Shown: piece by piece, positions 9,114-17,877 of the stretch
How positions within the stretch are numbered: position 1 is the first letter of the stretch
How the letters are laid out: each line of letters starts with the position of its first letter
From: Steroidobacteraceae bacterium
GTDB lineage: Bacteria; Pseudomonadota; Gammaproteobacteria; Steroidobacterales; Steroidobacteraceae
Length of the DNA stretch: 64,000 nt
Assembly (NCBI GenBank): GCA_035501795.1
Contig: DATJVL010000017.1
Coordinates: 3,750 to 67,749 of the forward strand
Direction: 5' to 3'
The notes under the pieces: generated by a model
The model's database searches: none
What the model saw: the letters and a program-made list of their open reading frames with translations, nothing else
Told to the model about the DNA's origin: nothing
Program-made: the position numbers and the translations under genes

Positions 9114-10997
9114 ATGAGAGTCGCAGTCGCCGGCGCGCTGCTGGTGCTCGCCGTTGCCGGTTCCGTGGTGCAGGCGGCGGACATGACGGTGCGCGTGGAT
9201 GCCCGCGAGGTGGCCCGCAAGCGCATCCACACCGAACTCGAGCTGGCGGTCAGCCCCGGAGCGCTGACGCTGGTGTTCCCCAAGTGGATCCCGGGCGAGC
9301 ACGGCCCGAGCGGACCGCTCAACACGCTGGTCGGGCTCAGCATCCGCGCCGCGGGCGCGCCGCTCACCTGGCAGCGCGACCCCAGGGACATGTTCGCGCT
9401 GCACCTCACCGTGCCGCCCGGGGTGCGCCGACTGCAGATCGGGCTCGACTCCGGGCTGCCGCTCGAGGGCGGGGAGTTCACCGCCGGCCCGACCAGCAGC
9501 GCGCGGCTCGCGGTGCTCTCCTGGAACGAGTACGTGCTGCTGCCCAAGGGGCGCGACGCGGCGACCCTGAGTGTGGTGGCGAGCGTGCTCGCCCCGCCGC
9601 AGTGGCAGCTGGCCTGCGCGCTGCAGCTGGCGGCGCCGCAGGCCGACGGCAGCGTGCAGCTGGAGCCGACCAACCTCGCGCAGCTGATCGATTCCCCGCT
9701 GCAGCTCGGGCAGTTCACGCAGCGCATTTCGCTGCCAGGCTCCGCGCCGCTCGCGCAGCTGCCGCACAGCATCGCACTGGCGGCCGACAGCGCCGCCGCG
9801 CTGCAGGTGCCGGAGGACTTCGCCGCCGGCTACGGCCGCCTGGTGCAGCAGGCCGGGGTGCTGTTCGGCACGCGCCTGTACCGTCACTACACCTGGCTCC
9901 TGACGCTCTCCGACCACGTGGCCCACTTCGGTCTCGAGCACCACGAATCCAGCGACGACCGGGTCGATGAGAACTCCCTCGCCGATGCGCCGCTGCGCGA
10001 GGAGCTCGCGGAGCTGCTGGCGCACGAGTACGTGCACAGCTGGAACGGCAAGTACCGCCGTCCGGCGGGGCTCCTCAGCCCGGACTACCAGCAGCCGATG
10101 GACGGCTCGCTGCTGTGGGTGTACGAGGGCATGACGCAGTTCTGGGGCACGGTGCTGCCGGTGCGCGCCGGCCTCATGAGCCCGGAGACCTACCGCGAGA
10201 TGCTGGCGAGCCTCGCCAGCTCCTTCAGCCTCGAGAGCGGCAACCGCTGGCGGCCGCTGGCCGACACGGCCGTGGCGGCGCAGCTGCTGACCGAGGCGCC
10301 GGCCGCCTGGTCGAGCAGCCGCCGCGACCTGGATTACTACGAGGCCTCGGAGTTCCTGTGGCTGAACGTGGACAGCGAGCTGCGCCGCCGCAGCGCCGGG
10401 CGCATCTCGCTCGATGACTACGTGCGCCGCTTCTACGCCGGCACGGGTGGCGCCCCCGCCCTTAAGCCCTACGTCGAGCAGGACATCTACGCGACGCTGA
10501 ACGGCATCGTCCCGGCGGACTGGCGCACGCTCATCCACCGTCACCTCGACTCACTCGGCCCCGAGGTGCTGCTCGAGGCGCTGCGCGGCAGCGGCTGGCA
10601 GCTCAGCTACTCGGCACAGAAGAACTCCTACCTCGAGACACAGCAGCGGCGGCGCAAGGACACCGACCGCCAGGCCTCACTCGGGCTGCTGCTCGATGAC
10701 AAGGCCATCGTGGTGGAGACCATCGAGGGCGGCGCGGCGGCGAAGGCCGGCGTCGGCCCGGGCATGCAGCTGGTTGCCGTCAACGGTCGCAAGTTCTCCG
10801 CCGAGGTGCTCGATGCGGCAATCCTGGCCGCGCAGGCGAGCCGCCAGCCGCTTACGCTGCTGCTCGAGAGCGGCGACTATTACCAGATGCTGAGCGTGCC
10901 GTACTTCGACGGGCCGCGCTGGCCGCACCTGACCCGCATCGAGGCGCAACCGGACCTGCTGACACCGGTGGTGGCGAGCCGCAACGCGGCCAACTGA
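9114..10997 (+). CDS. M61 family (glycyl aminopeptidase-like) metallopeptidase with C-terminal PDZ domain
   Basis: The signal peptide MRVAVAGALLVLAVAGSVVQA starts at ATG 9114, preceded by GAGGGGG. The product has FPKWIPGEHGPSGP, an HExxH site (HEYVHSWNGKYRRP) and a PDZ-like segment (IVVETIEGGAAAKAGVGPGMQLVAVNGRKF). Confidence 0.85.
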   Translation: MRVAVAGALLVLAVAGSVVQAADMTVRVDAREVARKRIHTELELAVSPGALTLVFPKWIPGEHGPSGPLNTLVGLSIRAAGAPLTWQRDPRDMFALHLTVPPGVRRLQIGLDSGLPLEGGEFTAGPTSSARLAVLSWNEYVLLPKGRDAATLSVVASVLAPPQWQLACALQLAAPQADGSVQLEPTNLAQLIDSPLQLGQFTQRISLPGSAPLAQLPHSIALAADSAAALQVPEDFAAGYGRLVQQAGVLFGTRLYRHYTWLLTLSDHVAHFGLEHHESSDDRVDENSLADAPLREELAELLAHEYVHSWNGKYRRPAGLLSPDYQQPMDGSLLWVYEGMTQFWGTVLPVRAGLMSPETYREMLASLASSFSLESGNRWRPLADTAVAAQLLTEAPAAWSSSRRDLDYYEASEFLWLNVDSELRRRSAGRISLDDYVRRFYAGTGGAPALKPYVEQDIYATLNGIVPADWRTLIHRHLDSLGPEVLLEALRGSGWQLSYSAQKNSYLETQQRRRKDTDRQASLGLLLDDKAIVVETIEGGAAAKAGVGPGMQLVAVNGRKFSAEVLDAAILAAQASRQPLTLLLESGDYYQMLSVPYFDGPRWPHLTRIEAQPDLLTPVVASRNAAN

Positions 10998-11107
10998 GAC
11001 TGCGCCTGCGCTGTTGGTTGCTGCTCTGCGACGCGCCTACACTCGCGCCCCACGCGCCGCCCCTGAGGCGTGCGCAGCCCATGCAACCAGCAATCGGGGA
11101 GAAGCGC

Positions 11108-11884
11108 ATGAACAGATTCGTTTGGTCAGCCGTGCTGCTGGCGCCGACGGCGGTGCTCGCGGCCAGTGCCTTCGACGGGACCTGGAAGGCGCGTGTGGAC
11201 TCGGTGCAGGTGAGTGGCAAGCCCGACGTGTACGTCATCGCCGGCGGCACCTACAGCTGCCCGAGCTGTGACCCGCCGGTGGAGAAGGTGCCCGCCGACG
11301 GCGCCTGGCACAAGGTGAGCGGCCATGCTTATTACGACGAGCTCCGCGTGCGCGTCGTGGATGCGCACACGGTCGAGTTCGACCAGCGCCAGCACGGCAA
11401 GGACGTCGGCACCAACACCATGCAGGTCGCCGCCGACGGGCAGAGCCTGAGTGGCAAGTTCACCAGCTACCAGGGCTCACAGCCGGCCACCGGCAGCTAC
11501 CGCGAGAAGCGCGTGGCGGCCGGGCCGGCCGGGGCGCACGCCGTGTCAGGTTCGTGGCTGCAGGATCAGATGAGCGAGGCCAACGACGCGCTGCGCACCG
11601 TCGACTACGTGATGACCGCGGATTCCTTCAGCATGCACGCCAACGGGCAGAGCTACGACGCCAAGTTCGACGGGCAGCAATATCCGATCAAGGGCGATCC
11701 CGGCAACACCAAGGTGACGCTGAAGAAGATCGACGCGCACACGGTGCAGGAGACCGACTACCGCGGCGGCAAGGTGGTCGATGAGATCCGCCTGGCGGCG
11801 GCCGATGACGGCAAGACGCTGCAGCTGACGGACAAGGACGTGGCCCACGGCCAGACGGTCAGCATGACGCTCGAGAAGCAGTAG
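11108..11884 (+). CDS. secreted protein of unknown function with internal tandem duplication
   Basis: The signal peptide MNRFVWSAVLLAPTAVLAASA starts at ATG 11108 after GGGGAG. The two halves are paralogous: GTWKARVDS...VVDAHTVEFDQRQHGKDVGTNTMQVAADGQSL versus GSWLQDQMS...KIDAHTVQETDYRGGKVVDEIRLAAADDGKTL. Confidence 0.7.
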   Translation: MNRFVWSAVLLAPTAVLAASAFDGTWKARVDSVQVSGKPDVYVIAGGTYSCPSCDPPVEKVPADGAWHKVSGHAYYDELRVRVVDAHTVEFDQRQHGKDVGTNTMQVAADGQSLSGKFTSYQGSQPATGSYREKRVAAGPAGAHAVSGSWLQDQMSEANDALRTVDYVMTADSFSMHANGQSYDAKFDGQQYPIKGDPGNTKVTLKKIDAHTVQETDYRGGKVVDEIRLAAADDGKTLQLTDKDVAHGQTVSMTLEKQ

Positions 11885-11893
11885 CCGCAGGCC

Positions 11894-11929
11894 CCGTGGC
11901 CCGGGGGTGCAGCCGCTCCCGGGCCACGC
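11894..11929. terminator. GC-rich hairpin between convergent genes (candidate bidirectional terminator)
   Basis: CCGTGGCCCGGG (11894-11905) pairs with CCCGGGCCACG (11918-11928), giving an 11-bp stem and 12-nt loop. The hairpin sits between stop codons at 11882-84 and 11932-34. There is no U-tract. Confidence 0.4.
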
Positions 11930-11931
11930 GG

Positions 11932-12417
11932 CTAGTGATGCGGGTGGACCTCGTCCGGGAATAGCCAGCAGTAGAAGCACTGGCTCTTGTCGTGCCGCTC
12001 CGGCAGCAGGTGCCCGAGCATGGGCGCCTCGTCGCGCGAGGCGGCGAACTCGAAGCGCTGACTGTCGAGGTCGTGCGAGAGCACTTCCTGCGCGCCCTCG
12101 CGCTGCAGGATGTGAGTGGCCCGCTCGGTCTCGATCTGGCCGCGCGGGTGCACCGCGATGGTCGTTATGGCGCCGCGCTCGACGCGTGCGGCCAGCGACT
12201 CCACGAAATCCCGCTCATGCTCGGCATTGAACAGCGTGCCGAAGTACTGCTGGAATTTCTGGGCCGCGGAGGCGGCGGGCTGCTCGGCGGCGCGCCCGGG
12301 CTCGGCGCGCGCCGTGAGCTCGACGCGATCGGTGGGAAAGCCATCGCCGACCAGGCGGGTGCGCACGCGCTCGGCGTCCCCCTGGCGGTTGAAGACCGCA
12401 AGTAATACCGCACTCAT
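11932..12417 (-). CDS. hypothetical protein
   Basis: The 161-aa ORF has good GC3 and sits where no competing gene exists. I recognise no motif. Confidence 0.55.
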   Translation of the reverse strand: MSAVLLAVFNRQGDAERVRTRLVGDGFPTDRVELTARAEPGRAAEQPAASAAQKFQQYFGTLFNAEHERDFVESLAARVERGAITTIAVHPRGQIETERATHILQREGAQEVLSHDLDSQRFEFAASRDEAPMLGHLLPERHDKSQCFYCWLFPDEVHPHH

Positions 12418-12587
12418 GCTGCCTCCTTGGCCGTGGCGGCGATGCGGGCCGCTCCTTGAGGCCCGCTCCGAGCCCTGAGTCTAACCTGAGCGCGCACGCG
12501 GCGGCGACGTGTGGAACGGCCGTCCCGCCGCGCTCGCGCCCGCGATCGCGGCGGGTAAATCCACCCTGCGGCCGCTACCATGCGGCC

Positions 12588-13211
12588 ATGTCAGCGAATT
12601 CCCGCCGCGGCCGTCCGCCGCACGCCGACCTGCTGACGCCGGCCGAGTGGCGCACGGTGCACGCGCTGCAGCACGGCCTGAGCAACCGCGACATCGCGCG
12701 GCGCCGCGGCATCAGCACCGATGCGGTGAAGTTCCACATCGCCAACGCGCTTGCCAAGCTCGCATTGCCGGATCGCCGGGCGCTCAGGCGCTGGTTCCGG
12801 GCGCCGGCGGGCAGCGCACTTGCCAGGAGCAACCGAGTCATGAGCGAGCTGCAGCTGGGACCCGTGGCGCAGATCTCGCGCGGCGTGCGCGACCTGAACG
12901 AAGCCCAGGCCTTCTACGGACAGACCCTTGGCCTCAGGCACCGGTACACCTTCGGAACGGCGGCGTTTTACGACCTCGCCGGCACGCGCCTCTACCTGCA
13001 GCAGCAGGAGCACCCGGCCGCCGAGTCGATCCTGTACCTGCAGGTCGGCGACATCCGCGCCGCCTTCGAGCAGCTCAGCGCGCGCGGGGTCCAGTTCGCC
13101 GGTGCACCGCACCTGATTCACCGGCACGCCGACGGCACCGAGGAATGGCTGGCGAGCTTCACCGACCCGGAGGGCCGGCCGCTGATGCTGATGTCGCAGG
13201 TGCCGCCCTGA
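12588..13211 (+). CDS. LuxR/GerE-type HTH regulator fused to a C-terminal VOC (glyoxalase-fold) domain
   Basis: The gene starts at ATG 12588 (MSANSRRGRPP). The GerE HTH is LTPAEWRTVHALQHGLSNRDIARRRGISTDAVKFHIANALAKL. About 125 aa of VOC-like sequence follows (VRDLNEAQAFYGQTLGL...LYLQVGDIRAAFEQLSARGVQF...FTDPEGRPLMLM). Confidence 0.8.
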   Translation: MSANSRRGRPPHADLLTPAEWRTVHALQHGLSNRDIARRRGISTDAVKFHIANALAKLALPDRRALRRWFRAPAGSALARSNRVMSELQLGPVAQISRGVRDLNEAQAFYGQTLGLRHRYTFGTAAFYDLAGTRLYLQQQEHPAAESILYLQVGDIRAAFEQLSARGVQFAGAPHLIHRHADGTEEWLASFTDPEGRPLMLMSQVPP

Positions 13212-13237
13212 GGCGGTGCGCGCCGCGGCGCCTCAGG
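13207..13237. terminator. hairpin spanning both stop codons of convergent genes
   Basis: CCTGAGGCG (13207-13215) pairs with CGCCTCAGG (13229-13237). The TGA of the + gene and the TCA (TGA) of the - gene both lie inside the stem. Confidence 0.35.
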
Positions 13238-14303
13238 GCGCGGGCGGGGGCGGCGGCGGCTTGGCGTCCTTGCCGGGCTTGCCCGGCTTGGCGGGCTTCT
13301 TCACCGGCTGGGGGAGCGGCTTCAGCAGGTCGGTGAGCGGCGTGAAGATCGCCGCGTACTTGTAGTCGGGGATCTCGAACTCCCAGCCCGCGCAGCGCGC
13401 GTTGATCTTCTGCGCCTCCTCGGCGGGCGCGCCGCCCGCGGAGGCCCGGGCCTTGAGCACCAGCAGCGCGCGCGTCCCGTCCTTGCGGCCCACGGCCTCG
13501 ATCTCCAGCCCGTCGAAGGTGCGGAATATGGCGTGCGCGCTCTTGGCATCGCTGGCGGTGGCCTTGGCGACGTCATCGAGGGTCAGCCCGCTCAGGGCCG
13601 CGCCGAGCGTGTCCGCCGCGCCGGCGCTGCTCAACTCACGTCCCCTGGGGACCGGCACGACATTGAAGTGGGCGTCTTCCTTCTTCTGGCGCACCGCGGT
13701 GAAGGCGGCGCCCTCGAGCGGGTGCTCCTCGATCTCGCGCACGCGCTCGGCGGGCAGGTCGAGGAGGGCGTTGTCAAGCCAGGTGCGCGGCGCGGCATCC
13801 ACGCTCAGCAGCGGGGCGGCCAGCAGGCTCTGCGGCGCGTTGCCGACGCGCACGTAGCCGGACTTGGCCCCGGCGGGCTTGCCGATGATGAGCACCCAGC
13901 TGTGCCCCGGCGCGATGATCGAAACCTCGGTGCCGGTCGCCTTGGGCGAGGTGACGTCCTCGACGCCGAGCGCGGGATAGTTGGCCGGCACGCGCGTCTT
14001 CTCCTCGACCACGTTCAGGGCGCCCAGGTCCAGGAGGAGCTTGCGCACACGGCTCATCTGCGCCGGCCAGTCGCGTTCGGCCACGCTCCAGGTGCTGCCG
14101 CCCTTGGCGAGGGTGGTGTGGGTGCCGTCACCCTTGCGCAGGCGCACCTCGGTCACGGTGTTGAGCTCGTGCTCGAAGCCCGGCAGCACCACATCGCCTG
14201 CCAGCGTCGCGCGCTCCAGGTGGCGCAGCGAGGACAGCCAGATGGCGAAGGCGATCACCGCGACGCCGGCGGCGAGCAGCCACGCCACGCGCCGCGGGGT
14301 CAT
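13233..14303 (-). CDS. DUF4340 domain-containing protein (last gene of Gld-like ABC operon)
   Basis: The product has an N-terminal TM anchor. It occupies the position that DUF4340 proteins normally hold after GldG-like genes. It ends in a Pro/Lys-rich tail (KKPAKPGKPGKDAKPPPPPPAP) and overlaps the upstream gene by 4 nt. Confidence 0.75.
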   Translation of the reverse strand: MTPRRVAWLLAAGVAVIAFAIWLSSLRHLERATLAGDVVLPGFEHELNTVTEVRLRKGDGTHTTLAKGGSTWSVAERDWPAQMSRVRKLLLDLGALNVVEEKTRVPANYPALGVEDVTSPKATGTEVSIIAPGHSWVLIIGKPAGAKSGYVRVGNAPQSLLAAPLLSVDAAPRTWLDNALLDLPAERVREIEEHPLEGAAFTAVRQKKEDAHFNVVPVPRGRELSSAGAADTLGAALSGLTLDDVAKATASDAKSAHAIFRTFDGLEIEAVGRKDGTRALLVLKARASAGGAPAEEAQKINARCAGWEFEIPDYKYAAIFTPLTDLLKPLPQPVKKPAKPGKPGKDAKPPPPPPAP

Positions 14304-16195
14304 GGCTGCACCCGGCTGAGCCGGCGGCGCCGGCGCAGGTAGGCGAGGGCGAGCGCCAGGCCGGCGAACAGCAGCGGCACGACGATGATGTTGATGATCT
14401 TGAGCGTGGTGCCGAGGCTCTTGATGTCGGCGTCCAGGCCGGCGCGCACCGCGCGCAGCTCCTTGCGAATGCGCAGCTTCTCGTGCTGGAAGCGCTCGAT
14501 CTCCTGCTCCTGCGCCGGCGTCAGGATCAGCGCGGAGGCGGCCTTGTCACCGCCCTTGGCCTGCTGCAGCGCCGTCAGCTTCTCCTCGGTGCTCTGCAGC
14601 TGCTGCTCGAGCTCCTGGTCCTTGGCGTGGAAGCGCTCGTTGGCGGCACGACGCAGGCGCTCCACGCGCTCGAACGGGCGCGCGTAGGAGGCGCGGCCGC
14701 GCACGCTGATCAGGTCGGCGCTGCCGGCGAGGTTGTCGAGCGCGTTCTGCACCAGGTCGCCGTTGCTGGCCCAGGCCTGGTTCAGGCGCTGGCCGAAGAA
14801 GTTCTGCGAGCGCACCCAGAGGAAGTCCGACAGCAGGTCGGCGTCGGCGAGCACGATCAGGTTGAGCGGCTTGGCCGAGGCCTTGAGGTCGAGCTGCCCG
14901 GGCGCCAGCGTGACCCCCGCCGGCGGACCCTCGGGAAAAGCGCTCGTCACCATGCCCGTGACGCGCGCGCCGAGCGTGTAGCGCTGGCCGCTCGGCTTGA
15001 AGCCGTCGAGCAGGCTGGCCGGATCCATGAGCATGCGGAAGCGCGCCACCGGCAGCAGCTGCGCATCGGCACTCGAGCGCAGCAGCGGCTCGAAACGGAC
15101 CTTGGTGTCCTTCAGCGGCGCAAGCGCGCCGATGGTGGCGACGTTGACGATCGACAGCCCGGCGGTGGTCACGTCATCGGCGGTGAAGCTGTCCTTGTTG
15201 AGGCCGAGCACGCCCAGGTGCAGCACCGGCTCATCGCCCTGGCGCATGGTCACCGAGAGCGCGTGGCCGCGGTCGGCGACCACCATGCCGGGGTTGAAGT
15301 CCACGCCCCAGGCCTTCAGCAGCCGCTCGAAGTGGGAGGACTTGTCGGCCGCCATGGCGGCCATCGGGTTGCCGGGCTCGGCGCCGGAGTTGTCGGCTTC
15401 GGCGAGCGGGTCGACAAACAGCAGCACGTGGCCGCCGCGCAGCGCGAACTGGTCGATGGCGAACTCGGTGGCCGGTGAGAGCTGCTTGGGGTGCACCAGC
15501 ACCAGTACGTTGGTGTCCGGGTCGATCTTGGTGGCGTTCGGCTCCAGCACGCGCACGTCGAACAGCTGCCGCGCCTCGCTGTACATCACCCACGGCTCGC
15601 GCCCGCCGCCTGACTGCGGATCGAAGCCACCCTCCATCGGCAGCGTGGACAGCCAGCTGAGCACGGGCTTCTTGGGGTTGGCGAGCTCGTACACGAGCTT
15701 CATGACGTCGTACTCGAGAAACTGCTCCTTCTGCGGGTCGAAGAACTCGATCGTCGAGTGGCCGTCGGTGGCGTTGGTGCCGGCGAGCCCGAAGTACAGC
15801 TGCGCACCGCTGGCGCCGACCGGCGCGCCGCGCACGCCGAGCTCCGAGGCGCGGTCCTCCTCCTCGGAGAAGGGCTGCGGGTCGATCACGTGCAGGTGCA
15901 GCTTGCCGTTGGAGCGCGCGGTCAGTTCCTCCAGGAACTCGCGCACGCGCGTGCCATAGGATTTCAGCTGCGGCAGCTGCTGCGCCGTCTTCTCCGAGTA
16001 GAAGAAGTAGAGGTTGAGCGGTTCCTTGATGCTCGCGAGGATGCGGTCGGTGCCCGGTGCCGTGGTGTACAGCCGGTTCTGCGTGAGATCCAGCCGCCAG
16101 CCGCGCAGCGCGTGGTTGAACAGGATCGTCAGGCCGATGAAGAGCAGCGCCAGCGCGAGCAGCGCACCGCCACCGAGGGTGGAGCGTTTGTTCAT
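14300..16195 (-). CDS. GldG-like ABC transporter auxiliary component (ABC_transp_aux family)
   Basis: The 631-aa product has an N-terminal TM, a large periplasmic domain, a coiled coil (QELEQQLQSTEEKLTALQQ) and a C-terminal TM. It follows the ABC-2 permease. Confidence 0.8.
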   Translation of the reverse strand: MNKRSTLGGGALLALALLFIGLTILFNHALRGWRLDLTQNRLYTTAPGTDRILASIKEPLNLYFFYSEKTAQQLPQLKSYGTRVREFLEELTARSNGKLHLHVIDPQPFSEEEDRASELGVRGAPVGASGAQLYFGLAGTNATDGHSTIEFFDPQKEQFLEYDVMKLVYELANPKKPVLSWLSTLPMEGGFDPQSGGGREPWVMYSEARQLFDVRVLEPNATKIDPDTNVLVLVHPKQLSPATEFAIDQFALRGGHVLLFVDPLAEADNSGAEPGNPMAAMAADKSSHFERLLKAWGVDFNPGMVVADRGHALSVTMRQGDEPVLHLGVLGLNKDSFTADDVTTAGLSIVNVATIGALAPLKDTKVRFEPLLRSSADAQLLPVARFRMLMDPASLLDGFKPSGQRYTLGARVTGMVTSAFPEGPPAGVTLAPGQLDLKASAKPLNLIVLADADLLSDFLWVRSQNFFGQRLNQAWASNGDLVQNALDNLAGSADLISVRGRASYARPFERVERLRRAANERFHAKDQELEQQLQSTEEKLTALQQAKGGDKAASALILTPAQEQEIERFQHEKLRIRKELRAVRAGLDADIKSLGTTLKIINIIVVPLLFAGLALALAYLRRRRRLSRVQP

Positions 16196-16202
16196 GGTGT
16201 CG

Positions 16203-16937
16203 TCAGTCCGCCTTGCGCAGCTCGAGGGTGATCACGGTCGCGAGCAGGAACAGTCCGATCAGCATGGCGAAGTACAGCAGGTCGCGCACGTCGATCACGC
16301 CCTTGGCGATTGACTCGAAGTGCGCCAGGAACGACAGCGAGGCGATCGCATCCACCAGCGGCAGCGGCGCCCAGCTGCGGAATACATCGAGCACCAGCGG
16401 AAATCCCGCCAGCAGGAACACGAAGCACACCACCACGCCGAGGATGAAGGCGACCACCTGGTTGCGCGTCAGCGCCGACATGCACGAGCCGATGGCGAGG
16501 AAGCCGCCGGAGAGCATGAGGCAGCCGAGGTAGGCGGCGAGGATGGCGCCGTTGTCCGGATGGCCGAGGTAGTTGACCGTGAGCCACAGGGGAAAGGTCA
16601 GGCCGAGCGCCAGCGCGGTGAACAGCCAGGCGGCCAGGAATTTGCCGAGCACGGCCTGCCACAGCGTCAGCGGCTGCGTCATCAGCAGCTCGATGGTGCC
16701 GCTCTTGCGCTCCTCGGCCCACAGCCGCATGGAGAGCGCCGGGATCAGGAACAGGTACAGCCACGGCTGGAAGCTGAAGAACGGATCGAGATCCGCCTGG
16801 CCGCGCTCGTAGAAGCCGCCGAGGTAGAAAGTGAAGGCGCTGGAGAGCACCAGGAAGATCAGGATGAACACGTACGCGAGCGGCGTGGCGAAATAACTCG
16901 CCAGCTCGCGGCGCAGGATGATGCCCACGTCGTGCAT
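16203..16937 (-). CDS. ABC-2 type transporter permease (GldF-like)
   Basis: The product is a six-TM hydrophobic protein. MHDVGIILRRELASYF starts at ATG 16937. The track ORF start (16982) would overlap the ATPase gene. Confidence 0.85.
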   Translation of the reverse strand: MHDVGIILRRELASYFATPLAYVFILIFLVLSSAFTFYLGGFYERGQADLDPFFSFQPWLYLFLIPALSMRLWAEERKSGTIELLMTQPLTLWQAVLGKFLAAWLFTALALGLTFPLWLTVNYLGHPDNGAILAAYLGCLMLSGGFLAIGSCMSALTRNQVVAFILGVVVCFVFLLAGFPLVLDVFRSWAPLPLVDAIASLSFLAHFESIAKGVIDVRDLLYFAMLIGLFLLATVITLELRKAD

Positions 16938-16953
16938 GGTCGCGGTGGTCCCT

Positions 16954-17877
16954 TCAGGCGGTGATGGTGCGGAACACCTCATCGAGGCGTCCGGATTCCA
17001 GGTGCAGCTCCTGCAGCGCCAGTCCCTGGCGCGCGGCGAGCTCTGAGACGGCCGGCAGGATCGGGTTGCCGGCGCGCGGCAGCGCCGTGAGGCGTGCGTC
17101 GCGCTCGCTGACCTCCACTGCGGCCACGTCGGCGAGCCCCTCGAGGGCGCGCCGCGCTGCGCTCAGTTGCGCCGGCTCCTTCAGCTGCACCGACACGGCG
17201 TTGTGGTAGCGCGAGCGGGCGGCGAGCCCGGCGGGCGTGTCATCCGCCACGATGCGGCCGCGCGCGATGATGATGGCGCGTGTGCACAGCGCTTCGACCT
17301 CCTCGAGGATGTGCGTGGAGATGACGATGATCTTGTCGCGTGCCATGGCCGCGATCAGCGTGCGCACCTCGTGCTTCTGGTTCGGGTCGAGCCCGTCGGT
17401 GGGCTCATCGAGGATCAGCACTGGCGGATCGTGCACGATGGCCTGCGCCAGGCCCACGCGACGGCGGAAGCCCTTGGAGAGCGTGTCGATGCTCTGCGCC
17501 AGCACCGACTGCAGCTGCAGGTGCTCGATGACGTGCCTCAGGCGCGTGCGGCGCCGCTCGCCCTCGAGCGCACGCAGGTCGGCGACGAAGTCGAGGAAGG
17601 CCTGCACGCTCATCTCGCCGTAGAGCGGCGCGCCCTCGGGCAGGTAGCCCAGGGCGGCCTTGGCGGCGAGCGGCGCCTCGACCACGTCATGCCCACAGAT
17701 GCTGGCGCTGCCGGCCGTGGGGGTGACGAAGCCGGCGAGCATGCGCATGGTGGTGGTCTTGCCGGCGCCGTTCGGGCCGAGGAAGCCCAGCACCTCGCCG
17801 GGGTTTACCTGGAAGCTCACCGCATCCACGGCGGTCAGGGAGTCGTAGCGCTTGGTCAGTCGGTCGGTGTTGATCAT
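16954..17877 (-). CDS. ABC transporter ATP-binding protein (GldA-like)
   Basis: The gene starts at ATG 17877 (MINTDRLTKRY). It has Walker A GPNGAGKTT, signature LSKGFRRRV and Walker B VLILDEPT. The 120 upstream codons of the track ORF are Arg/Pro-rich noise. Confidence 0.92.
   Translation of the reverse strand: MINTDRLTKRYDSLTAVDAVSFQVNPGEVLGFLGPNGAGKTTTMRMLAGFVTPTAGSASICGHDVVEAPLAAKAALGYLPEGAPLYGEMSVQAFLDFVADLRALEGERRRTRLRHVIEHLQLQSVLAQSIDTLSKGFRRRVGLAQAIVHDPPVLILDEPTDGLDPNQKHEVRTLIAAMARDKIIVISTHILEEVEALCTRAIIIARGRIVADDTPAGLAARSRYHNAVSVQLKEPAQLSAARRALEGLADVAAVEVSERDARLTALPRAGNPILPAVSELAARQGLALQELHLESGRLDEVFRTITA

Noticed and set aside
9108-10544. 478-aa antisense ORF. Similar long antisense ORFs include 20833..22383, 36639..37661, 38896..40242, 43912..45072, 46819..48792, 49755..51056 and 50977..52089.
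   Set aside because: Each overlaps a gene with strong family motifs on the opposite strand and has the same low-complexity Arg/Ala/Gly/Pro bias. All are treated as GC-driven open frames.
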